From a virus (Duplodnaviria; Caudoviricetes), in the IMG/VR virus record IMGVR_UViG_3300046167_000270, positions 1 through 61,974 of that record: DNA of 61,974 nucleotides. The stretch is one strand, 5' to 3'. The notes beneath the pieces are model-generated. The model did not search any database and was not told where the DNA came from. It worked only from the letters and a program-made list of their open reading frames with translations. The stretch's first letter is position 1. Every line of letters starts with the position of its first letter. The translations under genes and the position numbers were made by a program. Positions 1 through 7,458 of the stretch are shown piece after piece.

Positions 1-155
1 ATACCCCCACAATTATATTTTGTATTTTGTTTACAAATCGCATTTTTGTTTTGCGGGTTGGCCGGCTTTTATAGTTTTGTTTTGCATACCTCAACGTTTT
101 CGATGCATTATTGTGTATTTATTTTGACGTTTTACTTTTTACTATTTATATACTA

Positions 156-185
156 CATACTTAATACGATGCGTCATAGATAATA
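156..185 (+). promoter_or_regulatory. Class I phage promoter (variant CATACTTAATACGA-N9-GATAATA)
   Basis: Repeated motif with a fixed 9-nt spacer, upstream of ORF 228. Confidence 0.75.
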
Positions 186-227
186 TAGTATAAACAATAA
201 AACAAATAACAAATTAAATAAATAACT

Positions 228-329
228 ATGAAACTATTAATAATAACTTTAACATCACTAATAACATTGATAACTTATAATGTAATTACTCACGGAATTA
301 TCACTTACATATCATTCAATGGAATTTAA
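228..329 (+). CDS. 33-aa hydrophobic peptide inside the DTR
   Basis: MKLLIITLTSLITLITYNVITHGIITYISFNGI; A-rich leader, downstream of promoter motif. Confidence 0.55.
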   Translation: MKLLIITLTSLITLITYNVITHGIITYISFNGI

Positions 330-400
330 AATGTAAATTACAGAGAATATGTGTAGTACTTCTCTAACTAAAATAACATACAAACAAAGTTACACTTTTA

Positions 401-430
401 CAAACTAAATACGACAGCAACTGGATAATA
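401..430 (+). promoter_or_regulatory. Class I phage promoter
   Basis: CAAACTAAATACGA-cagcaactg-GATAATA. Confidence 0.8.
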
Positions 431-466
431 ATAATAACTAAACTAAATAAATAAATAAATAAAACT

Positions 467-701
467 ATGAAAACTAATAAACTAACTACTAAAAGATTTG
501 TAATAAGAAAATCTTTACTCGGAAATAATACAGTAATCACTTTTACTAACAATAAAAGACGTCACTTTCACTTATGATCATGACGAAATTTATTCAACAT
601 TTCAAAAAAATTTGAAGAATGCCATGTTTCCAACAGTATAATCTTATACAAATAGTAATACTGTTCCAAAATTCTGCAGAGAATTAAGTGAAATATCTTA
701 A
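467..701 (+). pseudogene. Small early gene with apparent frameshifts (MKTNKLTTKRFVIRKSLLG...NTVPKFCRELSEIS)
   Basis: Good start context after a promoter; coding-like sequence continues in shifted frames, likely sequencing indels. Confidence 0.55.
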
Positions 702-769
702 ATAACTAAAGTCTTAGTTCGATAGTAATACTTAGAGACTATAAATATAACGACATATGACTCAGCACA

Positions 770-813
770 TAGCCGAAATGGTTGGAAGTGAGATTCGATT
801 TCTCACTCGGTTA
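770..813 (+). ncRNA. Possible tRNA-like minihelix (acceptor-like stem plus T-arm)
   Basis: TAGCCGA/TCGGTTA stem and GTGAGA-TTCGATT-TCTCAC arm; no anticodon arm. Confidence 0.3.
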
Positions 814-843
814 CAAACTAATTACGACAAAGTGTCGATAATA
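814..843 (+). promoter_or_regulatory. Class I phage promoter
   Basis: CAAACTAATTACGA-caaagtgtc-GATAATA. Confidence 0.8.
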
Positions 844-869
844 TAATAAACTAAATAAAATTAATAACT

Positions 870-1070
870 ATGTATAATCCAAATAATCCTTCAAACTGGT
901 CTTGGTCAAAAGCTTTTGACGAAATGGAAAAGACTGTAAATCAAGCTGAACTTACTCAGCAATGTATAAATCATGTTCTCAATTATCCTGGAGAAGCTAA
1001 CGGTGTCTTCATGACATTAAGTAAATCACAACAAGATGATGTTTATGAACTACTAAATGAAATATTATGA
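870..1070 (+). CDS. Hypothetical early protein
   Basis: ORF after promoter, A-rich start. Confidence 0.8.
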   Translation: MYNPNNPSNWSWSKAFDEMEKTVNQAELTQQCINHVLNYPGEANGVFMTLSKSQQDDVYELLNEIL

Positions 1071-1285
1071 GTAATAATCTAAATACTACAATCGACAAAG
1101 TAGCAATGTCAGAATTTGACATGCACTACTATCAACTTGGTGATAACGAGAAAAAATGGTGTCACGATGAAATGATTAATAACAAAAAATGGTTAGCTCC
1201 ATTTTGGAAACAAGAAGGTTATCAAAGTGAAACTGATAAACTATGTGAAGAACTAGGAATTTTTAACTATAAAACTAATAAATAA
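1067..1285 (+). CDS. Hypothetical early protein
   Basis: ATGA overlap with the previous ORF. Confidence 0.75.
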   Translation: MSNNLNTTIDKVAMSEFDMHYYQLGDNEKKWCHDEMINNKKWLAPFWKQEGYQSETDKLCEELGIFNYKTNK

Positions 1286-1298
1286 TAAATAAATAAAT

Positions 1299-1457
1299 AT
1301 GATAGATAACTATGAATTTGAAATATATTATGGTGAAATAGAAGAACCACTATATTTAACTAACGATAAAAACTATATTTGTGACGACATGAGAGATTTC
1401 ATGGAAGAACTAGGAATAATAATGGAAGAAGTAATATATAAAGTAGAAAAAATATGA
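1299..1457 (+). CDS. Small acidic hypothetical protein (52 aa)
   Basis: Read manually; ATGA overlap with 1454. Confidence 0.6.
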   Translation: MIDNYEFEIYYGEIEEPLYLTNDKNYICDDMRDFMEELGIIMEEVIYKVEKI

Positions 1458-1666
1458 ATAAACTAATAATAGCAGGTATGGTAGCGAGTGGATTACTCGG
1501 TTATAATATCAAAGAAGATGGAACTAAAGTAGAACAAGCTCTTGAAAATGTACAATATGTAAAAAGTTGGGTCTTAGAAGACTTAAACAGTGGAGTGATG
1601 GATAGTGTTTATGCAGAATATTATATAAACACTCTTGATGAAACTGAAAAACTATTAACAAACTAA
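1454..1666 (+). CDS. Hypothetical protein with N-terminal hydrophobic segment
   Basis: ORF track; MNKLIIAGMVASGLLG. Confidence 0.75.
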   Translation: MNKLIIAGMVASGLLGYNIKEDGTKVEQALENVQYVKSWVLEDLNSGVMDSVYAEYYINTLDETEKLLTN

Positions 1667-1688
1667 ATACGACAACTAAAAGATAATA
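1659..1688 (+). promoter_or_regulatory. Class I phage promoter
   Basis: CAAACTAAATACGA-caactaaaa-GATAATA. Confidence 0.8.
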
Positions 1689-1692
1689 CAAT

Positions 1693-1941
1693 ATGAAATA
1701 TATACAAACAGATAACTTAACAGTAATTAACTACGGTGATGGTAGTGGTAAACTACTAATCTACAACAAACATAAGTCTCCTTATGGTTGGTCACCACGT
1801 AGTCTTATTGTATCTCTTTTCGGTAAACAACTCAAAGAAATTACGTACAACTATGTACAAAAAGAAGTAGACAAAGTGTATTCTACTTTCAACTATGATG
1901 AAATACACGAACTAATAACTAAAATAAACAACAATGATTAA
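1693..1941 (+). CDS. Hypothetical early protein
   Basis: ORF immediately after promoter. Confidence 0.8.
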   Translation: MKYIQTDNLTVINYGDGSGKLLIYNKHKSPYGWSPRSLIVSLFGKQLKEITYNYVQKEVDKVYSTFNYDEIHELITKINNND

Positions 1942-2098
1942 AGCAATTAAACTAATAGCGATCAAAGCGGTCGAAGAAAAAATGTTGAAAATATATGCTA
2001 CTATTATGACTACTGTATTCTTAGCAATATGGATACCAACAATGGCTATAGTATTAAAAGATATATTCATGCAAGTAATTTTACCAATATTTAAATAA
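1934..2098 (+). CDS. Small membrane protein (54 aa)
   Basis: Read manually; hydrophobic; fills the gap between ORFs. Confidence 0.6.
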   Translation: MIKAIKLIAIKAVEEKMLKIYATIMTTVFLAIWIPTMAIVLKDIFMQVILPIFK

Positions 2099-2099
2099 T

Positions 2100-2315
2100 A
2101 TGAAGCTAACTAACGAAGAAAAAGACGAGATTACTTGGAGAGTAGTTGACTCACTATACGAAAAACTAGCTAATGAATTAGAATATGAACTACAAGAACA
2201 TGAAAACTTTCCAGAAACTAATGATGCTTATATGAATTTATTCAATGAAATGACAATAAAAATAGTAAAATATATGAGAAGTGAACTATTTTCTCCGGAA
2301 CAAGTGAGGATTTAG
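2100..2315 (+). CDS. Hypothetical early protein
   Basis: ORF track. Confidence 0.75.
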   Translation: MKLTNEEKDEITWRVVDSLYEKLANELEYELQEHENFPETNDAYMNLFNEMTIKIVKYMRSELFSPEQVRI

Positions 2316-2335
2316 AACTTTATAAAAGATAAAAT

Positions 2336-2506
2336 ATGACAGAACAACAAGCAATTGAAGCAATCGCTAATGATATACAGGATGGTATCTACGGTTGGAC
2401 ACAGAAATGTGGAACAGAGTGGCAGAAGTGGACATACTCACTAATGCAAGCAAGAAAAATATATGAAGGTGAACTAATAATAGATTTAGAAAATGGCAGT
2501 AATTAA
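2336..2506 (+). CDS. Hypothetical protein (56 aa)
   Basis: Read manually: MTEQQAIEAIANDIQDGIYGW... Confidence 0.6.
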   Translation: MTEQQAIEAIANDIQDGIYGWTQKCGTEWQKWTYSLMQARKIYEGELIIDLENGSN

Positions 2507-2717
2507 TAGAGGACACGAGTGGGATGCTTTAGACAATATCACTACTAGTGAGTTTGAAGATTCAAAAACATTAAAAGCAATAATGTTCTTAATGATACAA
2601 GAAAATGTAAGAAAAATACCTAACGATCAAGAATTAGGTAGAGAAATAAGAAAAATAGTAAATAATTTTGAAAAAGATGTTAATTCTTCAGAGTATAAAG
2701 ATCTAATGACAAACTAA
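2493..2717 (+). CDS. Hypothetical early protein
   Basis: ORF track; PNDQELGREIR motif. Confidence 0.75.
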   Translation: MAVINRGHEWDALDNITTSEFEDSKTLKAIMFLMIQENVRKIPNDQELGREIRKIVNNFEKDVNSSEYKDLMTN

Positions 2718-2739
2718 ATACGATAACTAAAAGATAATA
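2710..2739 (+). promoter_or_regulatory. Class I phage promoter
   Basis: CAAACTAAATACGA-taactaaaa-GATAATA. Confidence 0.8.
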
Positions 2740-2743
2740 ATAT

Positions 2744-2887
2744 ATGAAAACAATTAAATTTTACCCAAGCGACAGATCACTAATCAGATTAGACGGTCAA
2801 ATGCTAAAAGGCTACACTATTAATAATATACCAGACGAATATACAAGCTGGTTTAACTACAAAGGTCTTACTTACATAACAAGTTGA
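2744..2887 (+). CDS. Hypothetical protein (47 aa)
   Basis: Read manually; starts 4 nt after the promoter motif. Confidence 0.6.
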   Translation: MKTIKFYPSDRSLIRLDGQMLKGYTINNIPDEYTSWFNYKGLTYITS

Positions 2888-2897
2888 CAAACAACTG

Positions 2898-2988
2898 ACG
2901 AAATGTAGTGAACTGGTGAGGGATCGTTATGAACTCAGGATGTACTACAATAGCTCATACTTAACCGGTATGGGCTTTTCGTGGTATG
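2898..2988 (+). ncRNA. Structured 5' leader RNA element, copy 1
   Basis: P1 ACGAAA/TTTCGT, P2 TGTAGTG/TACTACA, P3 AGCTCATAC/GTATGGGCT, then GGT-ATG. Confidence 0.7.
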
Positions 2989-3429
2989 AAATGTAACCAC
3001 AATATTCCACAAGCAAGATTAGATCTCGGATATACTGTCTGTGTCGAGTGTTCAACTGAAGAAAAACTCGGTTGTATTGACACTATCAACCATAAAACTG
3101 GCAATACTGTTCAAGTAATGTCACGTGAAGATGCAGACAAAGCTAGTAAATTAACAAAACGAGCAGGTTTTGGTATACTAAGATCTATGTCTGGTGGTTC
3201 AAGTCAACGTAAAACTAAATATAAATACGATGGATGCTCAACTACTTATGTAGGTAACGACGTTATGTTCGAGCAAGTAGGTAAAACTTACATCGATTTC
3301 TTAGATGTTGACAAAGAAATTGCAGAGCGCTATCTCGATCGAGCGCTAAACAATCTAGAAATATCTCAATTACAATATAATAAGATAAAACTACTTTGTA
3401 ACAGACTAAATACGATCACTATTAGATAA
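2986..3429 (+). CDS. Protein with DksA/TraR-like Zn-finger motif
   Basis: C-x3-IP-x2-RL-x6-CxxC. Confidence 0.7.
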   Translation: MKCNHNIPQARLDLGYTVCVECSTEEKLGCIDTINHKTGNTVQVMSREDADKASKLTKRAGFGILRSMSGGSSQRKTKYKYDGCSTTYVGNDVMFEQVGKTYIDFLDVDKEIAERYLDRALNNLEISQLQYNKIKLLCNRLNTITIR

Positions 3430-3431
3430 TA
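3402..3431 (+). promoter_or_regulatory. Class I phage promoter
   Basis: CAGACTAAATACGA-tcactatta-GATAATA. Confidence 0.8.
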
Positions 3432-3444
3432 TATTAAATAATAT

Positions 3445-3603
3445 ATGAATAAAATAACAAAACAACTCGAAAACTTGTATTCTTGGACAAAATTCTATCA
3501 AGATCGAGGTAATAAAGAACAAATAAGAAAGTGTCAAACTGAAATCGCACAGTTAAAACAAGCGTTTAATCAACTAAAATCTAACAAAAATGGCAAAAAA
3601 TAG
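3445..3603 (+). CDS. Hypothetical protein (52 aa)
   Basis: Read manually; after promoter. Confidence 0.6.
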   Translation: MNKITKQLENLYSWTKFYQDRGNKEQIRKCQTEIAQLKQAFNQLKSNKNGKK

Positions 3604-3985
3604 AACGCTAAACGAAATTAGACAATCAAAAGAGTATCAAACAGCTAGAGAAACAGTAGGTAAATACGAAGATTGTACAGGTGACGTTAAAACTGGCCAC
3701 GCTGCTGTAGCTTTAAAAGAATTAAAAGGTGAAAACTTTTATAAAAATCCTTTTTCTCATGCAGATGTAGACAAAACTGTTGAAACAATAGTAGAAAAGC
3801 TAGATGGTCACATGTATGACTTAATATTTCAAGCAGTTTGTGATGAAATGAATAATCACTATGTGTTTGACTCAACAGAATACTTAACTCAAGCAGGTTT
3901 AGAACTATTTGAAGACGAATGGTTCGAGTTTTATCATGAAAATCATGGTAAAATAATTCATAAACTACTAAAAAACTTAAAATAA
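3590..3985 (+). CDS. Hypothetical early protein
   Basis: ORF track. Confidence 0.8.
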   Translation: MAKNRTLNEIRQSKEYQTARETVGKYEDCTGDVKTGHAAVALKELKGENFYKNPFSHADVDKTVETIVEKLDGHMYDLIFQAVCDEMNNHYVFDSTEYLTQAGLELFEDEWFEFYHENHGKIIHKLLKNLK

Positions 3986-4191
3986 TGAAAAAATTTAACG
4001 GAATGGAGTCAAAACTTATAATTGACGCACTTGACTACTACATAACACAAGTAGAAAAAGATATATTAGAATTAGAAAAAGACGGTAAAAGATCTATATT
4101 TGCACCAGGTTTTTACACTAATATATCAAATGACTTAAAATATAAAGTAAAGTCTATGACTAAAAAAGAAAAATATTTAATTACAGACTAA
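3985..4191 (+). CDS. Hypothetical early protein
   Basis: TAATG coupling with the previous ORF. Confidence 0.75.
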   Translation: MKKFNGMESKLIIDALDYYITQVEKDILELEKDGKRSIFAPGFYTNISNDLKYKVKSMTKKEKYLITD

Positions 4192-4213
4192 ATACGAACA
4201 CTAAAAGATAATA
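4184..4213 (+). promoter_or_regulatory. Class I phage promoter
   Basis: CAGACTAAATACGA-acactaaaa-GATAATA. Confidence 0.8.
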
Positions 4214-4218
4214 TAAAT

Positions 4219-4440
4219 ATGTTATACGATAAATTAAAACCACATATCAAAGATAAGTTGAAAGAAAATGCTGAAGAGTATAAATCTGTACAATGGCTAT
4301 TTGATAAACTAAAACAAAAAGACAATTATTCTGAATTAACTATTGACGACATAAGATCTCTCTGTACATTTGGCGATGTATGGTATCATGATCTTACTCA
4401 GTCACAGATTATATGGGGTGAATGGCTAATAAATAAATAA
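4219..4440 (+). CDS. Hypothetical early protein
   Basis: ORF after promoter. Confidence 0.8.
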   Translation: MLYDKLKPHIKDKLKENAEEYKSVQWLFDKLKQKDNYSELTIDDIRSLCTFGDVWYHDLTQSQIIWGEWLINK

Positions 4441-4442
4441 AT

Positions 4443-4796
4443 ATGAACGAAGAAAAACTAGCAATAGAAACATTAAAAGCACTAGGTGCTAAAGATACAT
4501 CAAGTCCATCTCAAGTAAAAAGAGGTACAACTTGCTTTACATTACCTACAGGTACGTGTATATCTGAACACAGAACAGGTTATATTAGAAAAAATCTACT
4601 AAACAAAAATGGTAGTATTTACACCTGTTATCAACTAAATCCGCAATATAAATCTGCTCACAAAGTAATATCAAGAGAAGGTAAACTATACGAGTGGGAA
4701 CATAATAAAAGAATGTTGATAAATAATAGAGCTGAAAGACTAAAGAGACTTGTATTATATGCAATTAAAGATATAAATCAAGCAAATGGAGAATGA
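4443..4796 (+). CDS. Hypothetical early protein
   Basis: ORF track. Confidence 0.8.
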   Translation: MNEEKLAIETLKALGAKDTSSPSQVKRGTTCFTLPTGTCISEHRTGYIRKNLLNKNGSIYTCYQLNPQYKSAHKVISREGKLYEWEHNKRMLINNRAERLKRLVLYAIKDINQANGE

Positions 4797-4876
4797 TGAA
4801 CGAGACTTAGCGTTAATACTATTTGCATTAGCGCTAATATTTTACATAACTATGCTAACTATAAAATTAATTTAAA

Positions 4877-5326
4877 ATGGAATCAAAAGAACCAACACAA
4901 GAAAAAATAATAGAAGCTGTAAAAAAGTATTACGGCTTAAAAATAGATGAAAACGCTTATCAAAGCGCTGATGTATATGCTTACGAAGAAACAACTGCAG
5001 ATGGATATTCTGTATATGTTGTAACTAATGATATGAATAGTGTATGTATAAACGAAGATGTATATTATTATGAATCTGACATACCTGAAGCTATTATGGA
5101 ACAAATAAATTATTCTAATGGCGAATGCGTGCTATATGCAGATCAATACTTTCTAGATGATATATACTTTGATGATGTATTACTAGAAGCATTTCAAGAC
5201 ATAGCAGATAAGATATATGACGAAATTATGAATGAAGACAGTGATTACAACTTTGACATGGCAGAACTGCAATGGCTAAAAGAAGAATTTACTGAATCAG
5301 AAGAGATTAATCAGACTGTTAGTTAG
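4877..5326 (+). CDS. Highly acidic hypothetical protein
   Basis: ORF track; D/E/Y-rich. Confidence 0.8.
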   Translation: MESKEPTQEKIIEAVKKYYGLKIDENAYQSADVYAYEETTADGYSVYVVTNDMNSVCINEDVYYYESDIPEAIMEQINYSNGECVLYADQYFLDDIYFDDVLLEAFQDIADKIYDEIMNEDSDYNFDMAELQWLKEEFTESEEINQTVS

Positions 5327-5344
5327 TTAATAGTAGTTTAGTTT

Positions 5345-5419
5345 CCACGAAATATATAAAGCGACCAGTGATCTTTTGATCGGCTCGTACCGTAAATGGT
5401 ACGGGCTTTTCGTGGTATG
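5345..5419 (+). ncRNA. Structured 5' leader RNA element, copy 2
   Basis: P1 CCACGAAA/TTTCGTGG, P2 GATC-TTTT-GATC, P3 GGCTCGTACC/GGTACGGGCT, then ATG. Confidence 0.7.
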
Positions 5420-5632
5420 AATAATATAAATATGATGAAAGCGTTTATGTTGCTAGGAGATCTATCAACTAAACAAGGTGAAGAACTGTCAGACATGGCA
5501 GTGAAATACCAAGAAAGAATAGCTTTTGCTACAATGAGAGCTAGCATACCTGATTGGCAACCACCAAGTAACTGGGATGAGTTAAGTAATGCAGAAAAAC
5601 ATAAAAGACTTAAAAAGTTACAATCAGTATAA
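5417..5632 (+). CDS. Hypothetical protein (start placed at the ATG after the RNA element)
   Basis: In frame with ORF 5396..5632. Confidence 0.75.
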   Translation: MNNINMMKAFMLLGDLSTKQGEELSDMAVKYQERIAFATMRASIPDWQPPSNWDELSNAEKHKRLKKLQSV

Positions 5633-5634
5633 TA

Positions 5635-5664
5635 CAAACTAAATACGATAACTAATGGATAATA
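5635..5664 (+). promoter_or_regulatory. Class I phage promoter
   Basis: CAAACTAAATACGA-taactaatg-GATAATA. Confidence 0.8.
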
Positions 5665-5669
5665 TTAAT

Positions 5670-5987
5670 ATGAAAGAAGATGCAATTGAAAAATTAGCTC
5701 AACTGTTATTTGATAAAATAATGGAAAAGCAAGAAGAAGCAGACTTAGAGTATGCTGATCAAATTACAAAACTAGTTAATCAAGGCTACACTATATCTGA
5801 TATTACAAGTAATAAAACAGATGAACTAGGCTTAAATGCTGAAGAAAGACTTGTAGGTGAATTAGCTAGGCTGCAAACTATTATGATGATCTTTGAAGAC
5901 AAAGAAGAATATGAAAAAGCAGCAATGATACAAAAGAAAATAGAAAAAATAAATATTAAATTAAATCATGGAAGTGGAAAATATTAA
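5670..5987 (+). CDS. Protein with C-terminal UVR (UvrB/UvrC-type) coiled-coil motif
   Basis: EDKEEYEKAAMIQKKI. Confidence 0.7.
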   Translation: MKEDAIEKLAQLLFDKIMEKQEEADLEYADQITKLVNQGYTISDITSNKTDELGLNAEERLVGELARLQTIMMIFEDKEEYEKAAMIQKKIEKINIKLNHGSGKY

Positions 5988-6822
5988 AGCAATGCTTGCT
6001 CACAAATACAATGAGGACAAAGCAGATTACCCCGCGTTCATACAACCAAAACTAGATGGCGTACGCTGTCTATTTACTGCCAAAGGCGCGTTCTCTCGTG
6101 CTAATAATCAGTTTATGAATGTAGATCACATAACTAAAGATTTAAAGCCTGTATTCGACAGATACCCTACTTTAATTCTTGATGGCGAACTATATAATCA
6201 CGGTCTAAAAGATGACTTTGAAAAGATTATATCTCTTGTAAAGAAGAAAAAACCAACAGATGCTGACAAAGCAGAAGCTGCAGAACTAGTACAATATCAT
6301 ATATATGATGTAGCTAGTTTTCCTCATGCTACTTATACTTGGCGTATGAATTTTATAAATACTCTTAATCATTCAGCTATGTTTAGAACTAGCAATTGCT
6401 TGTGTATAAGTGATACTCAAGTTGTATTAGACTTTGATGAAGCTCTTAAAATGCATAAGAAAAACCTTAAACTAGGTTATGAAGGCAGTATATACAGATC
6501 TATGGAAGGTAAATACAAAGGTACTAGATCATGGGATCTTATGAAGTTCAAAGACTTTCACGATGCAGAAGCTACAATAATTGACTTTGTTGCAGGTAAA
6601 GGTAAAAGAACAGGTACACTAGGTAAATTTATAATGCAAGATCACGAAGGTGTTGTATTCGGTTGTCCTCCAGGTAAAGGTTACAACTATGATGACCTTG
6701 CTGAAATGCTAGAAAATGCTGCACAATATATAGGTCAATGGGCTACATTTACATACTTCGAGCGTACAAAAGCTGGAAGCTACAGACATCCACATTACAA
6801 ATGCTTACGTAATTATGAATGA
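5968..6822 (+). CDS. lig: ATP-dependent DNA ligase
   Basis: KLDGVR, LDGELY, EGSIYR, LMKFK motifs; OB-fold C-terminus. Confidence 0.95.
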   Translation: MEVENIKAMLAHKYNEDKADYPAFIQPKLDGVRCLFTAKGAFSRANNQFMNVDHITKDLKPVFDRYPTLILDGELYNHGLKDDFEKIISLVKKKKPTDADKAEAAELVQYHIYDVASFPHATYTWRMNFINTLNHSAMFRTSNCLCISDTQVVLDFDEALKMHKKNLKLGYEGSIYRSMEGKYKGTRSWDLMKFKDFHDAEATIIDFVAGKGKRTGTLGKFIMQDHEGVVFGCPPGKGYNYDDLAEMLENAAQYIGQWATFTYFERTKAGSYRHPHYKCLRNYE

Positions 6823-6879
6823 AGAAAAAGATGAATTAGCAGAAAGATATTTTGCTATAATAGAAGAAATGATAAAATA

Positions 6880-7035
6880 ATGAGTGATCCAATAAGCTAT
6901 ATGCCTTGGCTGAAGAAAAATGAATGGCAAAGCGATTTATACTACTGCGAAATGTGCAGTGAATTTATGACAGAAGAACATCACAATTTTTGTGATATAT
7001 GCGACAAATGCAGAGACGAATACCCTGAATTATGA
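6880..7035 (+). CDS. Small Cys-rich (Zn-finger) protein, 51 aa
   Basis: Read manually: CEMC...CDICDKC. Confidence 0.6.
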   Translation: MSDPISYMPWLKKNEWQSDLYYCEMCSEFMTEEHHNFCDICDKCRDEYPEL

Positions 7036-7118
7036 GAAAATTAATATGGCAATTATATAATGACAATATGATCAGCGAAGAAGTTGCTCACATGTTATTA
7101 GACAAACACTACGAATAA
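7032..7118 (+). CDS. 28-aa peptide ending inside RNA element copy 3
   Basis: MRKLIWQLYNDNMISEEVAHMLLDKHYE; ATGA overlap. Confidence 0.5.
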   Translation: MRKLIWQLYNDNMISEEVAHMLLDKHYE

Positions 7119-7180
7119 TGCCTTACAATTTAAAATAAGGTTAGCTCACACTGGAAACGGTGTGGGCTTTCGTAGGTATG
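7109..7180 (+). ncRNA. Structured 5' leader RNA element, copy 3
   Basis: P1 CTACGAA/TTCGTAG, P2 GCCTTA/TAAGGT, P3 AGCTCACACTG-GAAA-CGGTGTGGGCT, then ATG. Confidence 0.7.
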
Positions 7181-7351
7181 ATAGAGAAATTTATGAAAAA
7201 AAGACGATGTTTATCTCATAAAAGATATGTATCGCATAGAATGCAAGAATTGCAAAATGAAATATTCCAAGAAGCAATGGATACTGGTCTTGTAAACTTA
7301 GAAAAAAGAAAACAATTATTAAAATATAAAAACCATTTAAAATTTTTATGA
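7178..7351 (+). CDS. Hypothetical basic protein
   Basis: In frame with ORF 7160..7351. Confidence 0.65.
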   Translation: MIEKFMKKRRCLSHKRYVSHRMQELQNEIFQEAMDTGLVNLEKRKQLLKYKNHLKFL

Positions 7352-7458
7352 AAAATTCAGACTGGATATTAAGAAAAAGCCAAGAATGGCTTGATGAAGA
7401 AATAAACTCAAGAGGTTTAAAAAATGAACATGAGTTATACCTAGCTACATTGCATGGG

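Larger units (their letters stand above)
1..353. repeat. Left direct terminal repeat
   Basis: Matches 61620-61974 apart from one substitution (pos 102) and a 2-nt indel near the end. Confidence 0.95.

Noticed and set aside
2895-2903. CTGACGA/GAAA hammerhead-like core
   Set aside because: The two motifs overlap instead of flanking a stem, and copies 2 and 3 lack CUGANGA
3407-3425. TAAATACGATCACTATTAG resembles the T7 promoter
   Set aside because: The CACTAT part is the variable spacer of the class I motif and is absent from other copies; no single-subunit RNAP gene is present
156-5664. Repeated 30-mer as a CRISPR array
   Set aside because: Irregular spacing with whole genes in between, variable centre and no cas genes
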